Shown here piece by piece: positions 17,473-33,485 of a stretch of DNA of 64,000 nucleotides. This DNA comes from the human T2T-CHM13v2.0 reference genome, Homo sapiens. The notes below the pieces were generated by a model. That model ran no database searches. It saw nothing but the letters and a program-made list of their open reading frames with translations, and was not told the DNA's origin. The stretch lies in NCBI RefSeq assembly GCF_009914755.1, contig NC_060925.1; one strand, 5' to 3'. The position numbers were made by a program, and so were the translations under genes. The stretch's first letter is position 1. The number at the start of each line of letters is the position of its first letter.

Positions 17473-17760
17473 GGCCGGGCGAGGTAGCTCATGCCTGTAA
17501 TCCCAGCACTTTGGGAGGCCGAGGTGGGTGGATCACGAGGTCGGGAGATCAAGACCATCATGGCTAACACAGTGAAACCCCATCTCTACTAAAAATACAA
17601 AAAATTAGCCGGGCATGGTGGCAGGCGCCTGTAGTCCCAGCTACTCAGGAGAATGGTGTGAACCCAGGAGGCAGAGCTTGCAGTGAGCCGAGATCACACC
17701 ACTGCACTCCAGCCTGGGTGACAGAGCGAGACTCTGTCTCAAAAAAAAAAAAAAAAAAAA
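17473..17760 (+). mobile_element. AluY/Sc-like
   Basis: TSD agaaagtg(a/g)taaat(g/a)tc. Confidence 0.95.
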
Positions 17761-20700
17761 AGAAAGTGGTAAATATCACGGGTATGGGCAGATAAAATAT
17801 TATGAGAGTTCGAAGGACGGAGGGATGATTTAGACAGGATGAGGTCCAACAGAGTCTTCTTAAAGAGATAGCATTTACAATGCACCATTAAGATTTGACA
17901 GGATTGAGACTTGATCTTCAATAGGTTTGCATAAATTTTCAATAGAACACTGCACATTTATTGACGCATTTGCTCATTTAATAAATGTTAATGCTACTGC
18001 AGGTATTCTAGGTTCTGGGGGTGGAGCATTGAACCAAACAGTCAAATATTCTCCATCAAGTTGACATTTTGTTAGGGTGGGGTGGTGGTATTTGAACATT
18101 TTATTTTCTTCAAACATTTGTTGACTTTAGACTACTGGTATTTGCTGCAAATGGAGCAAGGTTGTTTTTCCAACTAATCAGTTTGAACTTCTTAGAAGAT
18201 TTTAGAGTAGGTGTCAGGGAAAATGCTGAGATAAAGTTCAAGTATGCACAAATAAAACTTCAAGCAAAAATTATAGAAGTATTTAAATTTCCTAAAGAAA
18301 CAATTAGAAAAAATCACATGGATTGTGTACAATCTGTCAATAAATTAGGAGAAAGGAAGATGATAGTGGTTAAGAAACTTTAGCTTCTACCAGAGGTAAA
18401 GAACAAGAATTAAAGCAATAGGAATGAATGGCTTGCATCATTTGTAGTGCTTGATGCAAGGCAGAAGAAATATGAAGTGTATGGGGTTAGATTAGGAAGC
18501 AGAAGGTTAGATTTAGAAGAAAAATTCTCCTAATGGCCACTTGAGAATGTGCGAATTAGTCTCTTGATGCATTGCAAGTAACTTTCAAGTTTTTTGTGTT
18601 ACACAACCCTTGAATCCACACAGGAAGATCAACTATGGAAGAAAAGACAAATAGCAGCGGTGACTTATATAATCTGCACAGCTAGGACGGGTCCATAAAT
18701 ACACCAAGAATAGACTAATCCCCCTTACCAGAAAATGCCTAAACATTTGCTCATTTGAGGTTGTGTAACCACTAACAAATGGTTTGTCAGTATTTATTTT
18801 TGCTTTAATGTATAAATAAGCAGACAAGATTTCGAAGAGGAATTAGTTTTCTTTCTTTTCTTTTTAAATTTTTTTTAAATCAAAGTTGAAGAAGGATCAC
18901 TGGATATTCTCAGATCCAGCTGTTATATTCTGGATCTTTTAGAAAACAGAGCCTGAGGCAATGATTTTTTGTTGCTTATATCAAAAAGTTACTTTGGAGG
19001 TGCAAGCATACGACAATGGGAGTGAGGGAGAATGGCACCCTGAGAAAAAGGAAAGATGAGAATCAATGTGATGTGATGGATAACTTTAGTGACCACTGCT
19101 TCACAACAAGTTGCAAACATATGTAGCAGGTCACTCAAAATGTATGTTCACTCATCTCATGGAGAAGACATTTCTGGTAGGTTTGCAAGGAGAACCATAC
19201 CTCAGAGCAGTTCATGGAGAGGGTAACTGAGAGAGAAATTGTGAGCTATGTTCCCTCCAGTCTCTCGTTTCCCATTGGTCAAGGTTCAGTCTCTGGGGAG
19301 TTAATTTCCTGAAGTTTTAGCTGCAGCCTCTGCCTCCTTGAAGCCTCTCAGGAAGCCAGAGCCCATGCTCCCTAATGTGGCATTCCAACCAAGTTTGGAA
19401 AGGGAGGAACAGCTTGGCATGCATGGGATACTGACAAAGAATAAATGAAGGAGACAGTGGAGCAACTGCAAAGACACACAAGGTTTTTATCCAACACACC
19501 AACCAACTCTATGAATTTGCTCCTTCTTTTTGCATCTCTTGGCACTTAGACTACATTTCACTTTAGTCTTAATTAGGCCATTCCAGTGAAACACTATGTC
19601 TATTTTTTCCACTATATGAATTGTTTATGTATATAGATAGATAGACAGATATTTGTTTGTCTAATTAGATCTTCATGAGCTCCGCAGTGGCAAGAACAAA
19701 GTAGGATTTATTTCTCCATCTCCAGCACTCACCAGAGGTCTTGACATATAACATTCCTTCACAAAATATCAGAATGAAGGGAAGGGTAGATGGAAAAAAA
19801 GCAAAAAGCAGAGTTAGTTTGAATGACTGAAAAATATTCATTATTTCACTTATCTTCCTTTTCATCGAATGCATACAAACCTCAACCAAGTCAGTATTTA
19901 CTTGGCAATAAACCAGAGTTCCCATGGTGGGTGGGCAGGAAGTATAGAGGAAAAAGCAACATGTATTTGGAAAATTCTCCAGGTAATTATGAGATACCCT
20001 TCTTTTCTCCACACAAATCACAACAAATGTGACACACCAACCCACCCCCAAAAGATTTGGATTCACATCCTAGTAAAGAGAACAGAATATCCAAAGGCAT
20101 GAAAGTGAGGAAGTATAGCATTTTGGGAAAACAGATAAACTTCATTTTGAGAAAGTATAGTATTTTGAGTTGCCTGGATTTTTGACAGTTTTTCCTCCTG
20201 AACTCTTAGTTACATTCCTCTAATGGACTGTCAGAACAAGGCAGAAAAGGTCTGGGTGGCATCTAATTTTCTCTATCACCTGAAATTCCTTTAGAGTGGG
20301 TGTGTGCACTCCCATTATTAGCCAAATGAAGAAGCTAGAGACAGTCTCCTTTCTGCCACATAATTTTAGAAAGAAAGCATTCCTAAAAGAAACTATTAGT
20401 TGCCTAAATTGGAAATGGGAGTGGGAACACCATAAACGACTTCCCAAAAATATCTGCTGCACTGATGCGGAAGTCAGGCTTACTCTTACATCACAGTAAA
20501 GCTGTGGGCTTTCCTCCTTGACCTGGTCAGTGTAGTGTTTTCAAAGCTTTCTTGGGGTTATACATAGCCCAGAAACACGTTGCTACAAAACAGAGTGGAA
20601 AACACCAGGCCCTGTTTAACTCGATTTCTCTGGATCAGGGTGGGTCACTGTTATCCTGAAATAGCATGTGAACACCACAACTTTCTCAAACTCCTTCTAC

Positions 20701-21714
20701 CATATTAAATTACTAAAATAAATAGCAGCTATATTTTATCTGCAGTATCAGCAAGATCATATGACACAACGTAGGCTGGTATCACTTAACAAGCTGGGTT
20801 GTTTTTTTTTTTAAACCCATGGCATAGTATTGGAAAGAGGCGCTAATGCATACCACTGCATGTCTAGCTTCTTACTGTATTATGATGAATTAAAGCTTTA
20901 GATCTGACTAATTGACTCTGAATCCCTGGGCTCTGCAATGTGATGCCCTCTCTCATAAAACCAAACATGAAGACTGATTTCTACAGCTTAATGCAGCAAA
21001 GTGGGCTGCCCTGTGGAATGACTATACTCTTCTGGGTTGGCATGAGAGGTGTTCAGTACAGTCCTCTTTCTTTAGAACTTGGAAACAGTGAAAGAAATAT
21101 AGGTGTTACTTTACTAAGTGAATCAAGAGTGGAAAGGAGAGGGAACATAGCTAAAGAAAAGATGCAAATGTTTCATGATTTTGATCGAATCACCTGTATT
21201 TTTCAAATAAAGCCAACGCTCCATAACTAGACATTTTGAACTCTGTTGGGGACACATCTAATACAGTGAAAATCTATAGATTCATTTAACACAAGTTTAT
21301 TACTTTTAAGAGCATATGTTACTTAAACTAATTATCAATGAAAAGCTCCCAAATTCTAGCAGGCCTGCTAACTAGGCAATTCTTTCATTTCAGTTAGTCT
21401 GTTATTAAACTGTTTATGCTCTATAAAATGATTAACTTTAAAGTGCAATACCATAGTAGTCTTGTTTATAGTATAATATAAACATACTCTAAGTTGACTA
21501 GATTTGAAAGTGTAATAAGTGAGTTTCAGTTTTTGTGCTCAGACAAGAATGAAAAAAAAACAAAACAAAACAACCGAAAAAACACAAACTTTCATAATCT
21601 TTTGATTAGGTGATATAAGTACTTTTAAAGGTATTTTTATTCCCATTTACATAGGAATTGACAGCAAATAAGTGAATAATAATGCATTTTTAAAAGAATT
21701 ACAGTAAGCTCATA

Positions 21715-22170
21715 TTCATAGAAGCAGAGAATCTGGAGTTTCCAGTGACATTCAAAGTCATCCATTTAACCCAATTCAGAAAGCCCTTCCTTCTACAACT
21801 TCCACACAGTAGACCAGTTATACTCTTGATCTCTTCCAGCGGTGGGGATCTCACTACATGAGGCAACCCACTCCATCTTTGGCTAGCCGAGACAGTTAAA
21901 AAGTTCTTTCTTAAGATGAGCTAAAATCTGCCAAACTATAACTTTCCATCTGCTTGCCTTACTTTTTCCTCTTGGAAAAATCTAAACTAAACATGATTTC
22001 TTTTCTATATGGTAACTGTTCAAACATTTAAAAACAGTTATCACATTCCCTTTGCTTTTTTTTCCGTTAATTTTCCTTTTCATGTACACTTCAGTCAAGC
22101 CAAGTTTCCCCATTTTACAATTATATGATTGTTTTTGGAAAACAAATGTAGAACTTCATATTTATGTTTG
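21715..22170 (-). mobile_element. L3/CR1 fragment
   Basis: ctcactacatgaggcaacccactccatctttgg...aagttctttcttaagatgagctaaaatctgcc is L3-like. Confidence 0.55.
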
Positions 22171-22189
22171 TTAAATTTCATTTTGTCAG

Positions 22190-22790
22190 GAGAAATACAA
22201 ATAGCTGATAAAATTTTAAAAATAATTCCATCTCAGTAGCAATAAAAAGAGTAAGTTAAAACAATCAGATATCACTTATAACCTACACATGAGTAAAGAT
22301 TAACAGAAGATGAAACCAAGAATTTTGGCAAAGGAGCAGGAAAACAAGGACCCTCACATACCGCTGTGGGAGAGTAAATCTATATGGCTTTTTTGGAAAG
22401 CAAGTTAGCATCATATTACATGTCAGCAATCATATTTCAAAAATTATCTTAAGGAATTAATGGTTATGGGCAAACATTCAGTTATAAGAGTTCATGGCAC
22501 CAATGTCCAAAATAACAAAATTGAAACCAATCATACAATGGTTAAATAAATTACAGAATGCCTACTGTGGTATTGAAAGGTGACATTACAGAAGAATATT
22601 TAATAACGTGTCATTAGTCAGAAAAAAAGTAAGTTTTACAATTGCATGTGATGTCTATCCTCTAAAAAATAAAAGTGCATATTTGTCTTTCTATATAAAT
22701 ATATTTATATAAGGGGAGAGAGAGAGATAAATATGAACAAAAAAATCTTGGAAGGATTCACACAAAAGTGGAGCCAGTGGTCATTTAAAT
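22190..22790 (+). mobile_element. Ancient L1ME 3' fragment
   Basis: ttggcaaaggagcaggaaaacaaggaccctcacataccgctgtgggagagtaaa resembles the L1 ORF2 end. Confidence 0.55.
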
Positions 22791-23277
22791 GAAGCCCCTT
22801 CTCGGTTTTGTGTAATCATTTTACGTCATCGTTGCGGACGATGGTGAATCATTTTTCTGGCACACACTCTACTAGCTCCTCCCATACCTTTTGGCTTTGT
22901 ATCATCTTTAAATGCAACAAACACATTCCCTTTGCTTCTATTCAAATCATTCTGTGAAAGGTACAACAGGACAGGGCCTAGGACTGAGTGTGTTTCATTC
23001 TTTGCCAGCAGGATTGCACTGTTCCCTCCAATGGGCCAAGGCATGCCAGTTTGACTGTGGGTTGACGAAAAGATGAAATTTCATTAGTTTAATGATGTAT
23101 TCTTTTATCAAATACTAATGAAACACCCAGTAAAATTCAGGCATGTGCTAGATATTGGGCTTCTTAATCATCTATAAATCAGTATCTCGTTTCGCTTTAA
23201 GGGCATTTAAACCTGGGCCAGGGACTCTTCATCCATTCATTCATCTATTATGAATCAGCTGATCTGGCCAGTGCTGG

Positions 23278-23646
<369 letters not shown>

Positions 23647-23687
23647 TTATTTAGTTCTTAAAATGTACCAAGCATCATCAGAAGTGA

Positions 23688-24020
<333 letters not shown>

Positions 24021-24887
24021 CCCTTTCCAACTTTTTGAGGTAGTGTAGTGATATTATCATCCCCACTTTAGAAATGTGGCTGGTCTTGTTGGCAGTGAGA
24101 ATTTAGACGCTTCCTTTAGAAGTCCTGGCTAGAGAGTGGTCCAGTAGATACAATGTGCAGCAGAGTGACCCAAGAGCACCCTGCACTTACACTCGACAAC
24201 ATTCACTGTGAAGGTAAAACTATGAAAGTGCAGGAGAGATGCATGGTGATATGAGATGGGCAGAGCCAACAGGTGAGGGTTTTTCTGTGGAGGCTGAAAT
24301 CTGAAGGCCAAACAGGAGTAATTTGATGCAATGGGGAACTGAGAAGCACATTTCACTCAGAAGGAAGAGGACAGACAAACTGTGGTGGGAGGAAGATGAG
24401 TATAAGGGACTGAGAGAAAGCCAGGACAAGTGGAGTGGACAAGTAGGTAGGTGCCAGAACATGGGGTATCTTTGTAGAACATATTAAAGAATTTACCTAA
24501 ACTTCAAGAGTAATTAGACTTTCCAAAGTCTAAGCCTAGGATGTTTGAGTCACTAAAACAAGAAGTCATTCTGGCTATAATGTGAAGAATGTACTGCAGA
24601 GACAAAGTTGATGTTCAGAGATTAATTAGGAGGCTATGGAAGTAGTTTAGGCAAGAGCCCAAGATGGTGGCAGTGGAAGGAAAGGACAATGAATAGAACT
24701 GAGGAATATCCCTAGACAGGAAAGGGAGCCCTACCTGGCCCTTTCACTTCACAGGGCCTCATTCTGGTCTATTTCTGCCTGTTACCACTCCCAACAGAAT
24801 TAACTCACAGAAAGCCACCCTCCCCGCCCTGCTTCTAGAACACTCTCTGGTCCCCAGTATGTATTTGGCCCTAGCCTCCAGAGTGTC

Positions 24888-25242
24888 TGCTATGGTCTGA
24901 ATGTCTACATCCTCCAAATTCACATGTTGAAAATCTAATCACAACATAATATTATTAGGAAGTGGGGCCTTTGGGATATATTTAGATCACAGGGGTGGAG
25001 CCCTCATTAATGAGATTAGTGCCTTTATAAAAGAGGCCCCCAGAAAACTGTTTTGTCCCTTTCATCATGTGAAGACATAATGAGATACCTTGTAAGAACC
25101 AGAAAGCAGGTCTCGCCAGACCCTGAATCTGCTGGCACCTTGATCTTAGACCTTTCAGGTTCCAGAACTGTGAGAAATGCATTTCTGTTGTTATAAGCCA
25201 CTTAGTTTATGGAATTTTATTATAGCAGCTTGAACAGACTTA
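24888..25242 (+). mobile_element. MaLR solo LTR (MLT1A-like)
   Basis: tgctatggtctgaatgt...ggggcctttggg...ccagaactgtgag...gcagcttgaacagact. Confidence 0.85.
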
Positions 25243-26295
25243 GTAGGCAACCAGCAGCAGCTATGTACAGAGGCTATGAAGAGAGCTTGAAGAACTTGGA
25301 CATGTAGCCTGAGTGCCCGTGTGTGTGTCCACAAGATCCCTCACAGTAGGTCTCTTGGAGCTAGGATGGGACAATAAGGGGTATCCTGTCATCTGCCATC
25401 TATGACATGTGGTCCAGCAATCCCCAGTCACTAATTAAGGGCACAGAACTCCAAGTAGATGGAGAATTTTTATTTGAACCCTGCTTTCCTCGTCATTATG
25501 AAGATGGGTTTGTCAAGGTGGAAAAATAGAACTATCTTTCCTAACAACTTGTTCACTTTATTTATACCTTTAAATTATTTCTACTTATGGTATGTGTTCC
25601 CTTGCTCTGGACCCTGAAAATGTTTGGGGAAAGACTATTTTAGAATTATATATGGGGCAAAGCCAACAGGATCTGGTGATGAAGTATGGGTTTTGAAGGA
25701 AAGGAGATCTATATGATTGTGGCTTTCTCTCAAGGTGATAGATGGGGGGTCACATATTCTGGGATAGAAAACACTGGGAGAAAGCTAGAATTTAGGGGAG
25801 GATCAAGAGTTTATTTTTGATATATTGATTTTTGGTGCCTTTGAGAAATTTAAGTGATGTCAAGCAGAATTTATCTCCATGTGGTTATATCCCTAGCACT
25901 AAAAGGCACAGAGGGCTACACCACCTTTCTGCTTGGCAAGCATGAATAAATGAGGCTGTGCTAGGTGTTAGGAGAAAGATGAAACCTCACCAAGGGCCAG
26001 ATCCATTTATGTCCTGTGGAGTGACACAGCACTAAATGAGAATAAGACTAATCCAAGGTGGGGGTAAAGACAGCTGGGTGTGAGCAGTGGGTCTCCTGGG
26101 GCTTCATTCTATGACTGCTAGGACCTTTATGCTGTTGTTTGTGTATCAGAACTATTCTCTTGCAAGTTTGAGTGTTAGCTTCTCCTTGAAGTGGCATTCC
26201 ATCCATAAACCCTTATTAAGCCTTATTATTATCGTTATTGAAATGTACTAGAAAACCATATAAGGGAGATAGAAATTGTTTTGCCTTTTGCCCCT

Positions 26296-26586
26296 TTATT
26301 TTTGAAACAGGGTCTCACTCTGTCACCCAGGCTGTAGTAAAGTGGCTTGATCACGGCTCACAGCCGCCTCAACCTCCTGGACTCAAGCGAGTCTCCCACC
26401 CTCAGGCCCCTGAGTAGCTGGAACTACAGTTGCATGCCACCAAGCCCGGCTAATTTTTGTATTTTTTGTAGAGATGGAGTATCACCATGTTTCCCAGGCT
26501 GGTCTCAAACTCCTGGGCTCAAGTGAACCTCTTGCCTCAGCCTCCCAAAGTGCTAGGATTACAGGTGTGAGCCATCACACCTGGCC
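26296..26586 (-). mobile_element. AluJ
   Basis: AluJ diagnostics ctcaacctcctgg and ctcctgggctcaag. Confidence 0.9.
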
Positions 26587-26618
26587 TTGCTCTTTTTAAA
26601 AAATGTTTATTTTCTGGG

Positions 26619-26933
<315 letters not shown>

Positions 26934-28379
26934 TCAATATATACATTAAAAAGATTAAGATGGAAGTATCTACATCATTCCTATGTGATTGAACAGGCTG
27001 AATCTCAGTAGATTGCTTCTTCAAAGTCGAATGGCTGCCTAGTATAAGAGTCAGGAGAAGAACAGAGTCTCACTACTTTTAGGCCAACTGTATGGTTCCT
27101 GGCCTTGGATTAAGACACAGAAGACATGATGCCTTGGTCTTGAATGGGGCTAAAGAGCATGGAAGAGGCTGAACTCCTTCCTGCTAAATTAACTTGTTGT
27201 ACAGCTGTAGCTAGAATAGTTGCTATAATGACTCAAGGTCAATGGGAGGACACCTTCCCAGAGCCTGAATCACCTGTAGAATGAACAGCCACACCTGGGA
27301 AAGAATCTTTTTTTCTTTTTTCCCCATCAGAGATCAAGACAAGAACTATTCATTTTAAAAATAAAAGTAGTCTCTTCCACATCTAAAAACATTTCTACAT
27401 GTGTATATTGAATATTTATGTCTCCCATGTGGTGATTTAAGCACAAATGATTCTGAAACATATGGAGTACATTTTCTTTAAAGTAAACAGAGATTGTTAA
27501 TATTCAGGAAGAACCAATAGCAAAAGTGAGTGTGAGCTCCTCTAAATCCCTAAGAGTTTGAGGAGGTTACCAACTGTAAGCTATAGAAGGAACTCCACCT
27601 TTCCTGTGATATAGTAATTTGAGAGCTAACAAAGGTTTGACCTCTGTTTAGGAGTGATGTGGGGTTTATTTCCAAGTCATTCACCGTCTTGGTGCATGGC
27701 TAGCAATGATTTAACTGTTTAGGAAAGTGTCTGTGAGCCACACAAATATATTCCACCAAAAGCAAACTAAATTTATCTCAAACTTAATTTTTTATTAGGA
27801 TCTCAGGTGACTATGGCTACTTCATAGTCACCTGATGTACAGGAAGATTGAGTGGATAAAGTATCTAAGTTTTACAAATTTTACAAAAATATTTGACCAT
27901 GTTAATCACTTTGTTAGAGACTCTCACAGACATTGCAAGGGCCTCGTGCAAGTGAGAGACCTTGAAGTTTAAGCCTTACAAACTTCATCATAAATCGTCT
28001 TTGTAGTAAGGCATAGGGGACAATGAAAAGCATAGAACTCTCTCCTATGGCAACAGGAGCTTGACACTTGCATGCTTCTCCTATCTTTCTTTTACTACTT
28101 TTGGAATTCAGGCTGAATCTATTTGCATGGCTTAAAAGATGAGAATAAAGACCTCTGCTCTGGTGAAGGATTTTGCGTTTGTTTGGAACCCACTGGGCAA
28201 CAATTTGCTCTCCAGCTATAGATTGGCATGGAGGTCAATGGCCAACAGGTAGGCATTGGTGAGAGTAAAGTCCTTTAAATGTATTGTTTTTCAACACCAG
28301 GCCTAAGTATTTTTCTATATATGAAAACAATATCGAATGAGGGTTTTAAACCAGCATTTCAGAGCATGTTCATTACGTT

Positions 28380-29008
28380 ACTCAAGAATGAGTAAACAGA
28401 AAAATATGAGACATTGAAAATATTTTGCAACAAGAGAGAAGAGCAAAGCATTAGTTACTCAGAAGTCTGCTTCCTCCTAAATAGGTTTATTTAATGAGGT
28501 ATAAGAAGTATTTAGAAAACATCTTGTTCTCAATGAGGACATGTATTTTGAAACGGGCTGAGATAAGAATTTTTTCAAAACAAAAACACTAATGAAAGTA
28601 AAATATGTCTAAAATAGGAAAAAACAGACTCAACACAACAGAAAATTTAAAGAATGAATTAAACAATAAACTTAGAAACAATCTCAGAAATCAGAATAAA
28701 TCAGCATAAAGATAAAAATATGAGAGAACTGTTAGCACATATGAAGGACAATTCATGGAGATCCAACTCCTGAATAATAAGTATTTTTATTCAGAAACAA
28801 AGACATAAAAAACACAAAGAAACCTTCCTAGATATAAGATATTATGTGATACTAATAGGTTTACCTTCTTGGCCTGTATTAGTAAACAGAGATTCACATA
28901 ATAAAATGTGTGTAAATACATATTCAGAAGCTTCAAGTATAAAGGAAGATTCTAACCGCCCTAAAGAGGAAACAATGCTTACTATTAAAAAATCTACAGT
29001 GGTCTTAG
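28380..29008 (+). mobile_element. Ancient L1M ORF1-region relic, resuming at about 31478-31680
   Basis: A-rich L1 ORF1-like sequence (aaaatatgagaga...ggagatccaac...ctaaagagg) split by the MaLR. Confidence 0.45.
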
Positions 29009-29013
29009 GTGAC

Positions 29014-31472
29014 TGATATGATCTGAATGTTTGTGTTCCTCCAACATTTACATATTGAAATCAAATCCCTAAAGTGTTGATATTAAGAGATGGGGCCTTT
29101 GGGAGGTGGGGCCCTTGTGAGGCTCTGCCCTCATGAATGAGATTAGTGCCCTTATAAAACAGACCTGAAGGAACTTGTTTACTCCTTCACAATGTAAGCA
29201 CACAGAAGGCACTATGTACGAGGAACAGGCCCTCTGCAGACATCGAATCTGCCGGCACTTTGCTCTTGATGTAGACTTCCCATGGTAAGAACTGTGAGCA
29301 ACACATTTCTGTTGTTTATAAATTCCCCAGCTGGAGTATTTTGTTATAATAGCCTGAACAGACTGAGACAGAAGTGAGGTGCTGCTGTAACAAATACCTA
29401 AAAATGTGGAAGTGGCTTTGGAACTGGGTAATGAAAAGGGTTTGAAAGAGTTTGGAGGTGCATACTAGAAAAAACCTAGATTTCTGTGAATGGAGGATTA
29501 AGGACAGTTCTGGTGGAGGCTCAGAATAAGAGAGTTGTAGAAGAGACTTCAGTCCCCTTAGAAATTACCCAAGTGGTCATAAACAATATGGACCCTAAAG
29601 GCCATTCTGATGAGGTCTCAGACAGAAATAAAGACCATGTTACTGAAAACTGGAGGAAAGGTGATCCTTGGTATAAAGTGGCAATGAACTTGGCTAAATT
29701 TTGTCCATGTCTTAGTGCTTTGTGGAAGGTAAAACTTCCAAGTGATGAAATACAATATTTGGCAGAAGAAATAGCTAAGCAAAGTGTTGAGGGTATAGCA
29801 TGGCTTCTCTTGACAGTAAAATGTGAGAAGAGAGAAATGAATTAAAGATGGAATTTATAATTAATAGGGAAGCAGAAATTAAAACTTTGAAAAATTCTCA
29901 GCCTATAAAAAATGATAAAGTGTGTTCAGGAGAGAACACCAAAGGTATGATCAAGCAGACATTTGATAAGAGGATTACTATAGATATAAGGAAGCCAGCT
30001 GTTATTCATCAACACAATCAGAGAATAATCCCAAAGGCATTTCAGAGATTGTCAGAACTGCCCTGCTCATTATAGGCCTAGAACGCCAAGGCCTTTGGAG
30101 CAGAACAGTTTCAAAAAAGGGTCCCAGGGTATCTATGGACATTTGCGGTTCACTGCCTTGCACTGCCCCAAGGTGCTGCTCCTTGCATTTCTCCTCGGTC
30201 ACCTCAGGTTCAGCTGTAGTGGGCACAGGTGCAGTCTTGGCTGCTCCTCCAAGTGGTAATCTTGGTGGTGTCCATGCAGTGTCATCTCCACCAGTCACAG
30301 AGCACACTGGTTGTGGGCGTGTGGCTGTGGGCTTTGCTTAGTAAAGTCATGGAGGTGGGGCCACTTGGAGCCATCAAGATTTCAAAGAATGACCCAGAGA
30401 GCTTGATGGTACAGGCAGAGAACTGCCACAGGAGTGTGGCCACCACAGACAGCCTTCACCAGGCTCCAATGCCTAGTGGAGCCATGAGGGTAGGGCAACT
30501 GCAGAGAGCCCTTACTAGGACAATGCCTAGTGGAACTGGGAATGCAGGGCTTCCCCCATAACCCCATTCTTATAAAGCCACAACCATGCAATTCTAGCCT
30601 CAGAGAGCTGCAGGCACTGAACTCCAACCTGTGAGAGCTGCAGTGTGGGCTTTGCCTAGTAAAGTAATGGAGGTGGGGCCACCTGGAGCCTTGGAGGCCC
30701 AACTCCTACCCCAATGTGTCCAGAAGGCAGGGCAAGGAGTCAGAGAAGACGTTTCTCAAGACTTCAGTATTCAATGTTGTTTGCCCTGTTGAGGTTTGAA
30801 CTTGCTTAGGACCAGCTATCCCTTTCTTCCTCCCTGTTTGTCCCTTTAGGAGTGGGAATGTCTATCCTATGCCAGTCCCACCATTGTATTTTGGAAGCAC
30901 ATAACTTGTTTAATTTCACATGTTCACAGCTGGAAAGCAATTCGCCTCAGAATGCATTGTACCTTGAGTCTCACACATATCATATTTAGATGATATTCAG
31001 ATAAGACTCTGGACTTTAGATTTCCGAGCTGATGCTGGAACAAATTAGACATTTAAGGCTATTGGGATGGAATTAATGTATTTTGTATGTGAGAAGGACA
31101 TAAATTTTGGGGGCCCAGGGGTGGGAAGCTATGGTCTGAATGCTTGTGTCTCTTCAAAATTTGTATGTTCAAATCTACTCCACAATGTGTTGTTATTAAG
31201 AGGTGGAGGCTTTGAGAGGTGACTAGGTCATGAGCCCTCATGAATGAAATTAATGCCTTTATAAAGAGGCCTGTGGGAGCTTATTTACCCTTTCACCCTT
31301 CTGCCCTGTTGTGCTCCAACAGTGAGGAATGAGTTTTCACCAGACACCAAATCTGCTGGTGCCTTAATGTTGGATTTTGCAGCTCCCAGAACTGTAAGCA
31401 ACAAATTTATAATTATTTATAAATTACCCAGTCTAATATATTTTGTTACAGCAGTCCAAGCAAACTAAGAGA
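29014..31472 (+). mobile_element. Full-length MaLR element (MLT1A/MST-like): LTR 29014-29370, internal region, LTR about 31128-31472
   Basis: Two similar LTRs of about 350 nt, MaLR-internal sequence (gtggctttggaactgggtaatg...), 5-bp TSD gtgac at 29009-29013 and 31473-31477. Confidence 0.9.
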
Positions 31473-31938
31473 GTGACTTCTGGAATCCTTTCGAAACAAC
31501 CAATTATGGGGCAATAGCTACAGAGCCTTTTCAAAAAGTGAGCTGATCTAAAAATTCTGGAAATGGCTAAGTTGACATTCTGATACCTATGAAGTTTAAT
31601 ACAATTTATCAGTTGACAACCACAAAAACTGCTCAAAAATATAGTCCAGAGAATGAAGGAATGCGTTAAAATAAACAACAAGAATACATGGTTAACTACC
31701 TTTTCTGTACTTTATAGCACAAAATTCTGAGGTTTCAATATTTAAGCAGCTTTATAATAAATATAAATATTTACATATTTAGGTAAATAAATATTTACAT
31801 ACCTATTTTCTTATTGTTTTCCTGCATATTTTGGAATGATATCTTGAGATTCGTGCTTTATGCCAAAGCCTCACTTGATTAGGGAATATTGAGTATAAAC
31901 CATTGAGAAAGCAACAGTCTCTTGAGTTTTACTAATTG

Positions 31939-31973
31939 GTGTGTGTGGGGTGTGTGTGTGTGCGTGTGTGTGT
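31939..31973 (+). repeat. Imperfect (TG)n microsatellite
   Basis: tg tract. Confidence 0.9.
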
Positions 31974-32109
31974 ATGCATATGTGGATATGTGTATGTATA
32001 TTAAAGATATAGGTATGAATTTGTCAATAGAACTAGATTTTCTATAAAGTAGACAAAAAGTTTTATTTATTTACTTATTTAATTTTATTTTTAAAATAAA
32101 AACCACTCA

Positions 32110-32607
<498 letters not shown>

Positions 32608-32800
32608 CTGAAAGTATAGTCTTAGCATAGTTTTATTGATTCCACAAAGACAGATAACTTATATTTGATCTGGTTGATAATTAAGATGTAACTAAAATGT
32701 AGGTAGGTCCTAGGTATATCAGGATGGTTGTTTTAAGATTAATTTAAATATATATCATTTAAATGCTATTTTAATGTGATTAAAAATAAACTAGCTACTG

Positions 32801-33107
<307 letters not shown>

Positions 33108-33485
33108 CTACTATGTGTACCAATGAAAAATTACATTTTAACTGGTATTTCTTTATTAATATAAATCACACCATTTCACATTTAAGTTTTTAAAAATAAA
33201 AAATAATCTTACCAAATTTGTATGCCCCAATTTGTTATCAGAGTGGAAATATTTTAGAAGAAACTGAACTGGGAATTAACATAAGTATTGGCTTAAAGAT
33301 GTTATTTTAAAAATCAAAAATAAATCCATGCCTCTCTTTAAAACATTAACAACTTAATTAGTAGATTATTGTTTGAACATAATTTAAAAGTTAACTGATT
33401 TAACTTTTATGAAAATCATGATTAGTAAATGTAATGAAATGAGTTGTATGTCAATTGAACATGAATTTCAAATTGAATGTTAATT

